Source: Candidatus Latescibacterota bacterium
GTDB lineage: Bacteria; Latescibacterota; UBA2968; UBA8231
Assembly: GCA_965223905.1 (NCBI GenBank)
Contig: CBDCXV010000001.1
Span: 192,001-256,000, forward strand
Reading direction: 5' to 3'
Length of the DNA: 64,000 nt
In this document: piece by piece, positions 19,523-29,580 of the stretch
Layout: each line of letters starts with the position of its first letter
How positions within the stretch are numbered: position 1 is the stretch's first letter
The notes under the pieces: generated by a model
Databases searched by the model: none
Told to the model about the DNA's origin: nothing
The model's input: only the letters and a program-made list of their open reading frames with translations
Made by a program: the position numbers and the translations under genes

Positions 19523-21924
19523 CCCGTTCGTTTCTCCTGTCTTGAACGCAACCTGACACCGAAGACTTCCCCCAAATGCCCCAGCACCCGCGCGATGACC
19601 GCGTCCGCCTCTCGATCCTGCAAGGTACGCTCCGGCGAGCGCAATAGCAGGTTGAAGGCAAGACTCTTTTCACCGGGGGCTACTTGGTCCCCGGTGTAGA
19701 CGTCGAACAACTCGACGGATTCGATCAACTTCAGATCGACATGCCGGACAGCCGCGATTACATCCCCTGCCGGAACCGATGCATCCAACAGGATGGCGAG
19801 ATCGCGTTCGACCGGGGGAAACTTCGGAGGCGGATGAAAGGCAGCGTCGCGCGCCCTCCAAGCCATCGCCAATACCTCGAAATCCAGCTCAAAAATATAC
19901 ACTGGTTCGGGCAGATCAAATGCTTCGCGAAGGTCGCGGCTGCACTCTCCGAGATTTCCCGCCGATTTCCCCGCAATGGTCACTTCAGCACAGTGCCCGA
20001 CCCGCATCAGAGGATGTGCTCCGTTGTGAAAACCGGGGCTCAGATCCTCCGTTATCGACTCGATCAAACCTTTGAGATCGAGAAAATCTACCTGCCGACG
20101 CTCGCCTCGCCAGGAGGAGCGCGTACCAAGGCCGAACCACAGTCCCCCCAATCGCAGCCTTTCTGCATGCCGGGAACCGGCGCGAAAATCACCTTGGAAA
20201 AAACATTTTCCTAGCTCGAATATGCAGACAGTGTGAGCGCGACGGTTGAAATTGCGGCGAGCGGCATCGGCGAGGCTGGGGATCAGGGAAGAACGCAACA
20301 GGTCGCCGGAGGTCGCCGGATTGGCCAGTTCCGGTGCAGATGGCAACCGATCCCATGAGATCCAACCGCCGTCGACGATGGTGCTGGTAACTACTTCGTC
20401 GGCCCCGGCCGCCGCCATTCGCTGCCGAAACTCCTGTTGCAGCTCGAAGCCGCTCACGACCGCGCTTTCGAGCGGACCCCGAAGAGCCCTGCTCGCTTCG
20501 ATGCCGTCGTACCCGTAAATGCGGCCTACCTCTTCGACCAGATCGACCTCGCGCTGCAGATCTGGGCGAAAACCAGGAACCGTGACCTGCAAGGAGTCGC
20601 CCAGAAGGTCGACGTCGCACCCGAGCAGTTCGAGAATTCGCCTGCATTCGCGCACCTGCAATCCCGTCGACAACAGGGCATTCGCCCACTTCGTGCGTAG
20701 CGGAATCCTTGGCCGCTGCAGGGGGAATGGGTAGGCATCGATACTACCGGGAGCGACGCGGCCTCCAGTCAACTCGGCGAGCAAGCCTGCAGCCCGGTCG
20801 CTGGCTACAGGTGGCAACTCCCAGTCGGTGCCGCGCTCGAAGCGTGCGGATGCCTCCGTGCTCAGACCCAGCCGCCGCGCCCCAGCTCGCGTCTTTTCCG
20901 GCAAAAAATAGGCCGACTCCAGAAGGATGTCGGTCGTCCCGCCGGTCACCTCCGTCGCCGCACCTCCCATGATGCCGGCGAGGGCGATCGGCCGCTGGCG
21001 GTCGGCGATAACCAACACGCTGTTATCGAGGTCGCACTCGCTGCCGTCCAGCAACCTCAGCCGCTCTCCGATGCACGCCCTGCGAACCACCACGGCCCCA
21101 TCTGGAATCTTCGCCAGATCGAAGGCGTGAAGGGGTTGCCCAAGCTCGAGCATCGCGAAGTTGGTCACGTCGACGACGTTGTTGACAGGACGCATTCCCA
21201 CCGCGTGCAGACGCCGCTGCATCCACTCCGGGGAGGGGCCGATTTCGACGCCGCGGACAACCCGACAAACATAGCGCGGGCAGCCATCGGCATCTTCGAT
21301 CTCGACGCTGGCCGAAGCGGTAACCGACTCTCCCGATTCAGCCGGCGCCTTTTCGGGCCGCCTGAGCTCGGATCCGGTCAGGGCTCGTATCTCCCTTGCA
21401 ATTCCGACGACGGAGAGGCAGTCGGGGCGGTTGGGAGTAACCTCGAATTCTACGACCACATCATCGAGACCGGCCGCCTCCGCGAAAGGCGCTCCCACCC
21501 TGCAATCTGCGGGCAGAACGAGGATACGGTCGGCGTCGGTTCCGAGATCGAGCTCCTCTTCCGAACAGATCATACCCTCCGACTCCACCCCCCTGATTCG
21601 AGTTCGTTCTATAACGGTGCCGTCCGGTAGGGTGTTGCCAGGGAGGAGCACCGCGACCTTCTGGCCGGTTGCAACGTTGAGAGCACCACAGACTATGGTC
21701 GCTCGGGCCGCCTCGCCGATGTCTACCTGACACACGCTCAACTTGTCGGCTCGGGGATGTCGAGAACGAGCGGTTACATGTCCGACGACGACACCGTGGT
21801 AACGCTCGCCGAGATCGTCCAGGGATTCGCATTCGAGACCGGACATGGTAAGGCGCTTTTCGAGCTCGACTGCATCCCAGTCGAAGTCGATGTACTCCCG
21901 GAGCCAATTGAGGGTGACTTTCAA
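19513..21924 (-). CDS. pheT: Phenylalanine--tRNA ligase beta subunit
   Basis: MKVTLNWLREY, tRNA-binding OB domain, TPNRPDCLS, GQPLHAFD, FDX-ACB C-terminus. Confidence 0.97.
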   Translation of the reverse strand: MKVTLNWLREYIDFDWDAVELEKRLTMSGLECESLDDLGERYHGVVVGHVTARSRHPRADKLSVCQVDIGEAARATIVCGALNVATGQKVAVLLPGNTLPDGTVIERTRIRGVESEGMICSEEELDLGTDADRILVLPADCRVGAPFAEAAGLDDVVVEFEVTPNRPDCLSVVGIAREIRALTGSELRRPEKAPAESGESVTASASVEIEDADGCPRYVCRVVRGVEIGPSPEWMQRRLHAVGMRPVNNVVDVTNFAMLELGQPLHAFDLAKIPDGAVVVRRACIGERLRLLDGSECDLDNSVLVIADRQRPIALAGIMGGAATEVTGGTTDILLESAYFLPEKTRAGARRLGLSTEASARFERGTDWELPPVASDRAAGLLAELTGGRVAPGSIDAYPFPLQRPRIPLRTKWANALLSTGLQVRECRRILELLGCDVDLLGDSLQVTVPGFRPDLQREVDLVEEVGRIYGYDGIEASRALRGPLESAVVSGFELQQEFRQRMAAAGADEVVTSTIVDGGWISWDRLPSAPELANPATSGDLLRSSLIPSLADAARRNFNRRAHTVCIFELGKCFFQGDFRAGSRHAERLRLGGLWFGLGTRSSWRGERRQVDFLDLKGLIESITEDLSPGFHNGAHPLMRVGHCAEVTIAGKSAGNLGECSRDLREAFDLPEPVYIFELDFEVLAMAWRARDAAFHPPPKFPPVERDLAILLDASVPAGDVIAAVRHVDLKLIESVELFDVYTGDQVAPGEKSLAFNLLLRSPERTLQDREADAVIARVLGHLGEVFGVRLRSRQEKRTGWE

Positions 21925-21978
21925 AACTCAGCTCGTAGTAGGGGTCGTCCCATGGGCGACCGACTGAAATCGCACATG

Positions 21979-22992
21979 TCAGAACTGGCGCGTGAACCGC
22001 AGGTCGTTTTCGAGAAACAGCCGGATATCGCCGATGCCGCGGCGAATCATCTCGATCCGCTCGAAACCGAGCCCGAAGGCGAACCCGGTGTACACCTCCG
22101 GGTCATATCCGACCGCCTCGAACACGTTCGGATCGACCATGCCGGCTCCGCCGATTTCGATCCAGCCGGTGCCTTTGCAGACCCGGCAGGTGCGCTGGTC
22201 GCCCCCGCACAGACTGCAGGAGAAGTCGCACTCGACGCTGGGTTCGGTAAAGGGGAAGAAGTGGGGCCTCAGCCTGGTCTGGATACCCTCTCCCAAAATG
22301 CCGCGGCCGATCGCCGTCAGGGTCCCCTTCAAGTCGGCCATGGAGACCCCTTTGTCGACGTAGAGCCCTTCGATCTGGTGGAACACCATGTGGTGGGTGG
22401 CGTCGATGCTGTCGCGCCGGTAGCAGCGACCCGGACAGACGATTCGGACCGGGGGACTGACCTGCTCCATGACCCGTATCTGCACGGTCGAAGTCTGTGT
22501 CCTGAGCAGCTCGCCATTCTTGAGGTAGATGGTAGCGTGCAGATCCCGGGCGGGGTGATTGGCCGGGGTGTTGAGGGCGTCGAAATTGTGATACTCGTCC
22601 TCGATTTCGGGACCTTCGGCGATGGCGAATCCCATATCCCGGAGGATGCCGATTATCTCATCCGCGACGCGGGTCAGTGGATGCAGTTTGCCCGTCGCCG
22701 GCCGCCGGCCTGGGAGCGTTACATCGACGCCTTCGTCAGCATCGATCTCTTCTTCGAGTTGGCTCTGCCGCGCTGCCAAGGCTTGTTCGATCACGGACCG
22801 AAGCTCACCGCTGGCCTGTCCGACGGCAGGTCGTTGGGCTGCCGGCAAGGATCCGATGCCGCTCATGATCTCGCGCAGTCGGCTTCTGCGGCCCGTGAGC
22901 TGAACCCGGACCTCCTCGAGAGTTCTGACGTCCCTGGCCGCGGCAATCAACTCTTCAGCATGCGCCTTCAGTATCTCTATCTCATTCAGCAT
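21979..22992 (-). CDS. pheS: Phenylalanine--tRNA ligase alpha subunit
   Basis: HPAR, LLRTQTS, FHQIEG, FPFTEPS, GFAFGLG. Confidence 0.98.
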   Translation of the reverse strand: MLNEIEILKAHAEELIAAARDVRTLEEVRVQLTGRRSRLREIMSGIGSLPAAQRPAVGQASGELRSVIEQALAARQSQLEEEIDADEGVDVTLPGRRPATGKLHPLTRVADEIIGILRDMGFAIAEGPEIEDEYHNFDALNTPANHPARDLHATIYLKNGELLRTQTSTVQIRVMEQVSPPVRIVCPGRCYRRDSIDATHHMVFHQIEGLYVDKGVSMADLKGTLTAIGRGILGEGIQTRLRPHFFPFTEPSVECDFSCSLCGGDQRTCRVCKGTGWIEIGGAGMVDPNVFEAVGYDPEVYTGFAFGLGFERIEMIRRGIGDIRLFLENDLRFTRQF

Positions 22993-23123
22993 TGCCTGAC
23001 TCCACCGCGGCGCCCCATCGGTTACATCACCGGGAACTCCATCGGCTCGGTCGGAAAGATTGCGAAAAGTGGGCTGCCGCGAGTCGCAGGGGGCTCAAAG
23101 TCGACGCCCCACAGGTTCGCGAC

Positions 23124-23477
23124 CTACAGGTGTGACTTGGCCTCTTCGACGACCGACGCAAAGGCGCCTGGATCGCGAACGGCCAGATCGGCGAGGATTT
23201 TTCGATTTACGGCGATGTCGGCCCGGGAAAGGCCGTTCATCAATTGACTGTACGACAGTCCATGAAGACGTGCTGCCGCGTTGATACGTACGATCCAAAG
23301 ACGACGGAATTCCCGCTTGCGATTGCGCCGATCGCGGTACGCGTATGCCTGGGCGCGATTCACCGCCTCTCTGGCAGTTCTGAACAGACGTCCTCGAGCT
23401 CCGAAGTATCCCTTGGCCTGTTTCAGGACCTTTTTTCGCCGCCGTCTGGAAGCGACGCTGTTCTTGGCGCGGGGCAT
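23124..23477 (-). CDS. rplT: 50S ribosomal protein L20
   Basis: [30 protein letters not shown]. Confidence 0.98.
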   Translation of the reverse strand: MPRAKNSVASRRRRKKVLKQAKGYFGARGRLFRTAREAVNRAQAYAYRDRRNRKREFRRLWIVRINAAARLHGLSYSQLMNGLSRADIAVNRKILADLAVRDPGAFASVVEEAKSHL

Positions 23478-23479
23478 AC

Positions 23480-23677
23480 CTACTTCATTCCCAAGGCTCG
23501 CCTGACGTTAACGCTGTCGGCAGTGGAGACTTCGAGGTTCTGCCGCAATTCACGTTTTCGCTTCGGCGATCGCTTACGCAGCTTGTGGGTGCCATACGCC
23601 TTCTGCCGCTTCAGATTGGAGCCACCGCGCCGCTTGAAACGCTTGCCAGAAGATCTGTGTGTCTTGAGCTTGGGCAT
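23480..23677 (-). CDS. rpmI: 50S ribosomal protein L35
   Basis: [15 protein letters not shown]; 65 aa; directly before rplT. Confidence 0.95.
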   Translation of the reverse strand: MPKLKTHRSSGKRFKRRGGSNLKRQKAYGTHKLRKRSPKRKRELRQNLEVSTADSVNVRRALGMK

Positions 23678-23710
23678 TTTCCGGGGTTCGTCGCCGTAGG
23701 GGAATCTTCA

Positions 23711-23739
23711 AATATAGACGGCCTGCTCCCACCCGGCAA
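23711..23739 (-). promoter_or_regulatory. Putative sigma70 promoter for rpmI-rplT
   Basis: Minus strand TTGCCG-N17-TATATT, ending 33 nt upstream of the rpmI start. Confidence 0.55.
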
Positions 23740-23750
23740 GAACGCCGGGG

Positions 23751-26700
23751 CTACTTCAGCAGCGTGACCTTGTGCATACGGTCGAAGCCGGCGATCTGGA
23801 CTCGGATCACATACACCCCTGAAGCTACCTCCAAACCCGATTCGTCTCTGCCATCCCACCTCCACAGGTGGAATCCCCGGGACAGCTGCTCCTCGTAAAC
23901 CCGCACGATGCGGCCTAGAAGGTCGATAACCCGCACCTGCACCCACTCGCTTTCGGAAAGGAAGAAGGAAATCGCCGTATCCGGATTGAACGGATTCGGA
24001 TACGGTGCATCGAGGACGATTTCGGTAGGGAGCGGGGACACTGCCACCGGCGGCGGCGGCGCGGTCGCCACCACGCGGCGATTCTCCTTCCCGACATAGG
24101 ACAGTACCGAACCGACGCGAACCTCACTCTTCTCCTGGGACAGCCGCCGGAACAGTATCGCACCCACGTCGGCGTTTGCGAACGGAGGGTGTCGCCCGCT
24201 GAGAGCGACCGCCACTGAGGTTGCTCCGTTGCTGCCGGGCTGCAGCCAGACCAGGGGCTTTGCCTGTTCCGGGGGAACGTACTCGGCGAACTGGAGAACC
24301 AGGGGGTCGTATTCCAGCCCGGCCGCGAAGCCGCGTAGATGATCCTCTCCAACCCAGCGCAGAGTGAGCTCGACAACCTCGGAACCGCGGGGCCGCGGAT
24401 CCAAGCTTGCCCGCAGGCCGAGGGCATCGGCTTGCGCTACATCAGCGACCGGTTTGGCTCTTGCCCCGAAGTGATCGGCAAACAGGAAGAAATCGTCCAA
24501 TCCGACCCCGCCGTCACCGTTGAGATCGTAACGGGAATCGAAATCAGGTTCCCCTTCGCGGCTTCCGAAATGATCGGCAAGAAGGAAGAAATCCTTGAAA
24601 TCGGTGTCGCCATCGCGATCGAAGTCGCCGGCCTGGCCAGCGCCGAGGTCCACCTCCACGATCAAGGCAGGTGTCAGGACGTCGCTGGCGGTCTGCCCTT
24701 CAGTTAGCAGTTTGACCTCACGCAACTCCACAGTCGTCTCAAGCTTTTCAGCGAGAGTCGAACTGACGGAGAACACGGCGCGTCCCAGAAATCCATCTCC
24801 GTCAGCTGGCCCCACGAGGGGATCCGCAGCCACCTGAATCAGAACCTGGCCCGGTGATGGCGCCGATGCCTCAGGCAGAACGGAGTTGCCCGCGGCGGCG
24901 AGCAGGCTGGTCCCGGATGCGTCGAATTCGACGAATTCCAGGATTTCGGGGTCAAATACCAGAAACAGTGAGTAGGATATCACACTGGCGACATCGAAAG
25001 CGTACGCCTCGAGCGCCAGCCGGTCACCCGCTTCCAGCGAGACAGTATGGACGCCTTGGTTGCCTGCTGAACTGTCCGCGTCGATGGCGACCGTCGTCGG
25101 CACGATTCCGATACCGGAAACCGCAACTGAGACTTCGGCCTGGTCGCTGTCGCTGGTAGCGAAGGCGATGGTGCTCGCCGCGGCCCCACGCGTCGCGGGG
25201 ATAAACCGCAATTCGAGGGTCGTCGAGTCATCGACGGCGACCGTGCTCGATCCGAAAACTACGGAGAACGCGAGATCGCCCACATGCAGTTGACTGATTT
25301 CAAGGTCGGCGTGGCCCTCGTTGACGATGTCGATAACCACCGATCCGGTATCGCCGATTGCCACCCTGCCGAAATCGACGGCCTCGGCGATGGATCGCAG
25401 GCGCGCCATTCGACGCCCATCGACGAACCAGACGCTCGTCGTCGTATCCTGCAGATCGGCGACCAGCACGGCGACCGTATCGACGCTCGCCACGTCAGGG
25501 ATGTAGGAGAAGGCGGAGTCGGCTTCCCCGGCCTGCTCAGTACTGTCGACATACCAAGTGAAACTGATTGTATCTCCCTCTTCGTCCGACGCTCTGACCA
25601 TCAAAGTCACTTCGGTTTCCGGCTCGAGGAATACCGTACTGTCGGCGGGAATACGCACGATTGCGGGCGCATCGTTGACGGCTTCCACATCGAGAGTAAA
25701 GCTCTGCATCGCCGTTTGACCTGCGGGGTCGGAGGCATTGAGGGTTATCGGCACCTCTCCGGTATCAGCTGCCGCTGGCGTCCACTCTACGAGGCCGGTG
25801 GGGCTTATCGACATCTGCTCCGGACCTGTGGCAACCTCATAGGACAGCTTTTCCCCCTCTTCGTCGACGGCTAGCAGTTCGTACCTGTACAGAGAGTCCT
25901 CGAGTGCGGTCGTCTCCGGAGTTCCGGAGATCACCGGCGGATCGTCGACTTCGACCACCGTAATCTCGAATCGCGTCGTGTCGGCTGCCCCCGCCAGGTC
26001 CACTACCTTGACCGCCACGGGATTGACACCGACATCCTCCTGCAAAGGTGTCCACGACAGGTTGCCGAGGGTGTCGACCGCTGCCATGTCGGGTGCGGTC
26101 GTGAGGGCATAGCTGAGGGAATCGGCCGGATCGACATCGGACCCGAAGCCGACCAGCGCCAGCCGGAACTCCACATCCTCGAAAATCGAGGTGTCCGCCA
26201 GGGAGGCAAGCACCGGCGGGTCGTTGGTGTTGATCACACGCAGCGTGAAAGGATGAGGACTGCTGGCGCCTTCGCTGTCGGTAACCCTTACCTCGACCGC
26301 TGCCGTGCCGACGTTTTCCTGGGCCGGCGTCCATTGCAAAACGCCGAGCTCGTCGAGCACCATTCCGGAAGGCCCACTGACGAGTGTGAAAGTGATGTTA
26401 TCTCCATCCTGATCTTCCGCTTCAATCCTGTAGGACAGCAGTGAATCCTCGAACACCTGCGTCGGCGGAGTACTGACAACGAACGGCGGCTCGTTGTCCG
26501 ATTTTACCCGCAGCGGAAAGATGTGGAATCCGTGGCCGGTATGGCTGTATACCTGTGCCTCGACGAGATACTTTCCGGTGTCCGCTGCGACAGGTGTCCA
26601 GGAGTGGGGAGGCAAGCCGGATATCTTCGTCAATTCCGTCGGTCCCCGGTGGAAATCGATGTGTATAACCTCCTGCCTGGGCTCGAATACAGGATCATAG

Positions 26701-28235
26701 ATGAACTCCTCCCCGACGGCGACGACGCTGTCCGGCAGGGTAGCGATCAGCAGCTCGGTGTGCTCTCCGGGGGCCGGAGTTCCCGCCGTCCGAGGCCCTC
26801 CGAACCTGCCGATGTCGTTGCGTGGTCCGGTCCCGGATCTGTCACGGTCGTTCATTGCGGCAATCGGGTTCCCGGAATCCCGGGCCGGTGAGGTCTGCTT
26901 CAACTCGAAGCGGAGAACGTCGAGGTTGAAGAACTCGGGATCGTCCACGATGTTGCCCCCGACATGCTCCTCGTCCGCCGCCCAGCCCGGGACCAGTGCG
27001 TTCAGAGCCGCCACGGCTCCGATCGTATCGGGCACCATGCTGATCTCCACCTGCGGACCTGTGTCCGTCAAGTCGGGAAAGTCTTTGGCCGTGAACACCT
27101 CGATGCGATACTTGAGGAATTCGTTCGCCCCTCCCCCGGGCGGAAAAATCTCCACGAGGACCTCGTGGGATCCGACATCGTCCATGGTTGGCGTAAACCG
27201 AATGGTGCGCTCCTCCTCGATCAGGGATGCGGAGGCGTCCAGCGGAGTCGTGCGGGCTTTGAAGATATAGAAGTCGACGTCTCCTTCGACCCCGATGACG
27301 TACTCGTACTCGACCCCTACCTGGGCGACAGTGTCAGGCTCGTTGGTGAAGAAGCTGGGGACCGAGACCCCCTGCTCTTCGAGTGTCAACGTATCCCGCA
27401 CGGTCTTCAGTACCTTGATGCTGTCAGCGTTGTCCGAGACGTAGAGGAGGTCCCAGTTCCAGAACATGTTGTAGCGCACCAGGGGGGTGTCCAGCATCGA
27501 TGGAATGGCGATCGCCGGGTCGACTCCGGTGGAGAAGATGTTGCTGCTTACGTCGACGCGTCCCCCCGATGTGGTGATGGCCGGCGAGTTGTTGTTGTGG
27601 AAGGTATTGTTTCGGATCGTATCTGGTTTGGTGGTATCGGCTATCGTGTTGTGAATCTCGACCAGGCCCCTGCCGATTCCGGTTTCGCCGTTTTCGCGCA
27701 CAATATTATTGAAAAAACTCAGCTGTCCGCGGTTCATGTAAATCAAATCGCCCCAGATCTCGGCGACGTTTCGCACGAACAGGTTCTCCGCAACGCGCAG
27801 GGTGCAGGCCCGGCAGGATACTACCCCCCCGGTTTCCGCGCTACCGTTGACGAAGGTGAAATTGCGCAGAACGAACTCGGCACCTTCTTCTGTTATTTCG
27901 AAAAACCTCCCCCTGCCCTCGGCGTCGAGGTTGGCGCCGTTCGTATGAACGAAAATGTCTCTTTCGGAAATCTCGATCGGAAACGATTCCGCGGTGGTGC
28001 TCGGCGAATAGGTGCCCGAGGCGATGTCGATCACGTGCGGTTTTCCGTGATCGAAGAGGTGGGCTACCTGGATCGCATGTGAGATGGAGCGGAACGGTGT
28101 TGTGTCGCTTTGGGCGCTCTGGATGCTTCTCCGGTCATCGCCGGTTTCTGCGTTGACGAAAAACCGTACCCCGTGGGCAGGAGCAACTGACCAATAGCCG
28201 AAAAACAGCAGCAGCGCCGCGGTGCTGAACCGCAT
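23751..28235 (-). CDS. Large secreted multidomain protein (DUF1565/beta-helix, cadherin-like Ig repeats, cohesin-like, dockerin/EF-hand-like, FlgD/T9SS-type tail)
   Basis: Signal peptide; FFVNAETGDD..PFRSISHA; repeated NDPP/DDPP/NDAP...WTP units; GDFDRDGDTDFKDFF and DLNGDGGVGLDDFF; tail PYPNPFNP...WDGRD...ASGVY. Confidence 0.85.
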   Translation of the reverse strand: MRFSTAALLLFFGYWSVAPAHGVRFFVNAETGDDRRSIQSAQSDTTPFRSISHAIQVAHLFDHGKPHVIDIASGTYSPSTTAESFPIEISERDIFVHTNGANLDAEGRGRFFEITEEGAEFVLRNFTFVNGSAETGGVVSCRACTLRVAENLFVRNVAEIWGDLIYMNRGQLSFFNNIVRENGETGIGRGLVEIHNTIADTTKPDTIRNNTFHNNNSPAITTSGGRVDVSSNIFSTGVDPAIAIPSMLDTPLVRYNMFWNWDLLYVSDNADSIKVLKTVRDTLTLEEQGVSVPSFFTNEPDTVAQVGVEYEYVIGVEGDVDFYIFKARTTPLDASASLIEEERTIRFTPTMDDVGSHEVLVEIFPPGGGANEFLKYRIEVFTAKDFPDLTDTGPQVEISMVPDTIGAVAALNALVPGWAADEEHVGGNIVDDPEFFNLDVLRFELKQTSPARDSGNPIAAMNDRDRSGTGPRNDIGRFGGPRTAGTPAPGEHTELLIATLPDSVVAVGEEFIYDPVFEPRQEVIHIDFHRGPTELTKISGLPPHSWTPVAADTGKYLVEAQVYSHTGHGFHIFPLRVKSDNEPPFVVSTPPTQVFEDSLLSYRIEAEDQDGDNITFTLVSGPSGMVLDELGVLQWTPAQENVGTAAVEVRVTDSEGASSPHPFTLRVINTNDPPVLASLADTSIFEDVEFRLALVGFGSDVDPADSLSYALTTAPDMAAVDTLGNLSWTPLQEDVGVNPVAVKVVDLAGAADTTRFEITVVEVDDPPVISGTPETTALEDSLYRYELLAVDEEGEKLSYEVATGPEQMSISPTGLVEWTPAAADTGEVPITLNASDPAGQTAMQSFTLDVEAVNDAPAIVRIPADSTVFLEPETEVTLMVRASDEEGDTISFTWYVDSTEQAGEADSAFSYIPDVASVDTVAVLVADLQDTTTSVWFVDGRRMARLRSIAEAVDFGRVAIGDTGSVVIDIVNEGHADLEISQLHVGDLAFSVVFGSSTVAVDDSTTLELRFIPATRGAAASTIAFATSDSDQAEVSVAVSGIGIVPTTVAIDADSSAGNQGVHTVSLEAGDRLALEAYAFDVASVISYSLFLVFDPEILEFVEFDASGTSLLAAAGNSVLPEASAPSPGQVLIQVAADPLVGPADGDGFLGRAVFSVSSTLAEKLETTVELREVKLLTEGQTASDVLTPALIVEVDLGAGQAGDFDRDGDTDFKDFFLLADHFGSREGEPDFDSRYDLNGDGGVGLDDFFLFADHFGARAKPVADVAQADALGLRASLDPRPRGSEVVELTLRWVGEDHLRGFAAGLEYDPLVLQFAEYVPPEQAKPLVWLQPGSNGATSVAVALSGRHPPFANADVGAILFRRLSQEKSEVRVGSVLSYVGKENRRVVATAPPPPVAVSPLPTEIVLDAPYPNPFNPDTAISFFLSESEWVQVRVIDLLGRIVRVYEEQLSRGFHLWRWDGRDESGLEVASGVYVIRVQIAGFDRMHKVTLLK

Positions 28236-28546
28236 TATCCAGAAATTTCCCCGTTTTCAGAGGGCCGTCGGATCGATGCTTTTGGGGAGTATCCGACTTC
28301 CCGGGCTTCGAGAAGTTCCCGCACCTGAGGTCGCACGAAAACCGTCTCCAGCGGCAGGTTGACAATCTCGTCGAGCATCAGCCGAATTCGTTCTGCCAGG
28401 GACAGACTGGAGTCGACCAGCAGGAATCGCTTCCCGCCGAGCCTGCACATCCCCCCCCTGCTACCCTCCAGATCCGCGATGCGGATCTCGACTCCAAGCT
28501 GCTCGGTAACAGCCTCGAGTTCCCTATGAATGGCAGCATTATCCAT
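28235..28546 (-). CDS. Conserved hypothetical protein (103 aa)
   Basis: LGVEIR..GGMCRL..LLVD...VRPQVRELL; stop overlaps the next ATG (TAATG). Confidence 0.7.
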   Translation of the reverse strand: MDNAAIHRELEAVTEQLGVEIRIADLEGSRGGMCRLGGKRFLLVDSSLSLAERIRLMLDEIVNLPLETVFVRPQVRELLEAREVGYSPKASIRRPSENGEISG

Positions 28547-28719
28547 GCTGCACGTATGTATGTAAAATGACCTTAACCCAAAGTCTACACATCATTTACA
28601 TAAGATAATCAAATCGCTGGTTGGTGAACAGCTGATTTGTTGATAGAATATCTCCCGCGGCACGAGAACCGGTCAAAGCCGACCCCACGGGTTGCGAGCG
28701 ATGCTTAAATGGTGATGCG

Positions 28720-29580
28720 ATGACGGCTGCAGGTGAGATTTCCTGGGTATTGGTGACCAATGACGACGGCTGCGATTCGCCGGCATTGGTCCCGTTGATG
28801 CGCGAATTGCTGGCCCGGGCAGAGGTGAGCGCCCTGGTTCCCGAAAGGGAATACAGCTGGTCTTCGAAGACCATGAGTCGCTTCGGCGTGCTGGAATTGA
28901 GCGGGTGCGAACGCGACGGAATTACGTTCTTCGCCGCCAACGGCTCCCCGGCCGACTGCGCCAACCTGGGAATACACAAACTCAAACCTAGCAAACCCGA
29001 GCTGCTGGTTTCCGGCATCAATATCGGCGCGAACGCCGGTCTGGGGTACCTGCTGAGCTCCGGCACCATCGGCGCAGCTATCGAAGGCATGCTCAGCGGC
29101 ATTCCCGCGGTGGCGCTTTCGCTGCAGCTACACAGCGACGACTACCGGGACTGGAGGACTAACCGCAACCCCGATCGCCTCGCCGGCACCTTTTGCAGGG
29201 CGGCGGCAGTAGCAGCTGATATCGTCGGCGAAGTAATGGCCGGGGGCCTGCCTTCGGAAGCTTCGATTCTTTCGGTAAACATGCCGCCTGACGTAACACG
29301 GGACAGCCCGAGGCGGTTCTCCGGAGTCACCGATTCGCGCTACGGATCTTTCTTCAGCGAGACCGAGGAAGGCAGGTACGTTTACGGATTCGACAAACTG
29401 GATTTCTTCGCTACTCCCACTGTGCCGTCGGACCGTCCTGGGGACCTCGCAACCCTTGCCGGCGGCACCGTGGCGATGACCCCGCTCCGTTTCGATCTCA
29501 ACGTGGAAGCGAGTGCCCAGGACCGCTGCCGATTCGAACGGGGAGCCACAAAGAGCAGAAAGTCCACGAAGAACGAGTGA
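28720..29580 (+). CDS. surE: 5'/3'-nucleotidase SurE
   Basis: LVTNDDG, GSPADC, LVSGINIGAN, SSGTIGAAIEG. Confidence 0.92.
   Translation: MTAAGEISWVLVTNDDGCDSPALVPLMRELLARAEVSALVPEREYSWSSKTMSRFGVLELSGCERDGITFFAANGSPADCANLGIHKLKPSKPELLVSGINIGANAGLGYLLSSGTIGAAIEGMLSGIPAVALSLQLHSDDYRDWRTNRNPDRLAGTFCRAAAVAADIVGEVMAGGLPSEASILSVNMPPDVTRDSPRRFSGVTDSRYGSFFSETEEGRYVYGFDKLDFFATPTVPSDRPGDLATLAGGTVAMTPLRFDLNVEASAQDRCRFERGATKSRKSTKNE

Noticed and set aside
22993-23123. pheM-like attenuator or T-box before pheS
   Set aside because: Only GC hairpins are present; no Phe-rich leader peptide or T-box motif seen.
28585-28620. Possible dif site (TTATGTAAATG on the minus strand)
   Set aside because: Only a XerD-like arm is present, with no matching XerC arm at 6-nt spacing; more likely an AT-rich divergent promoter.
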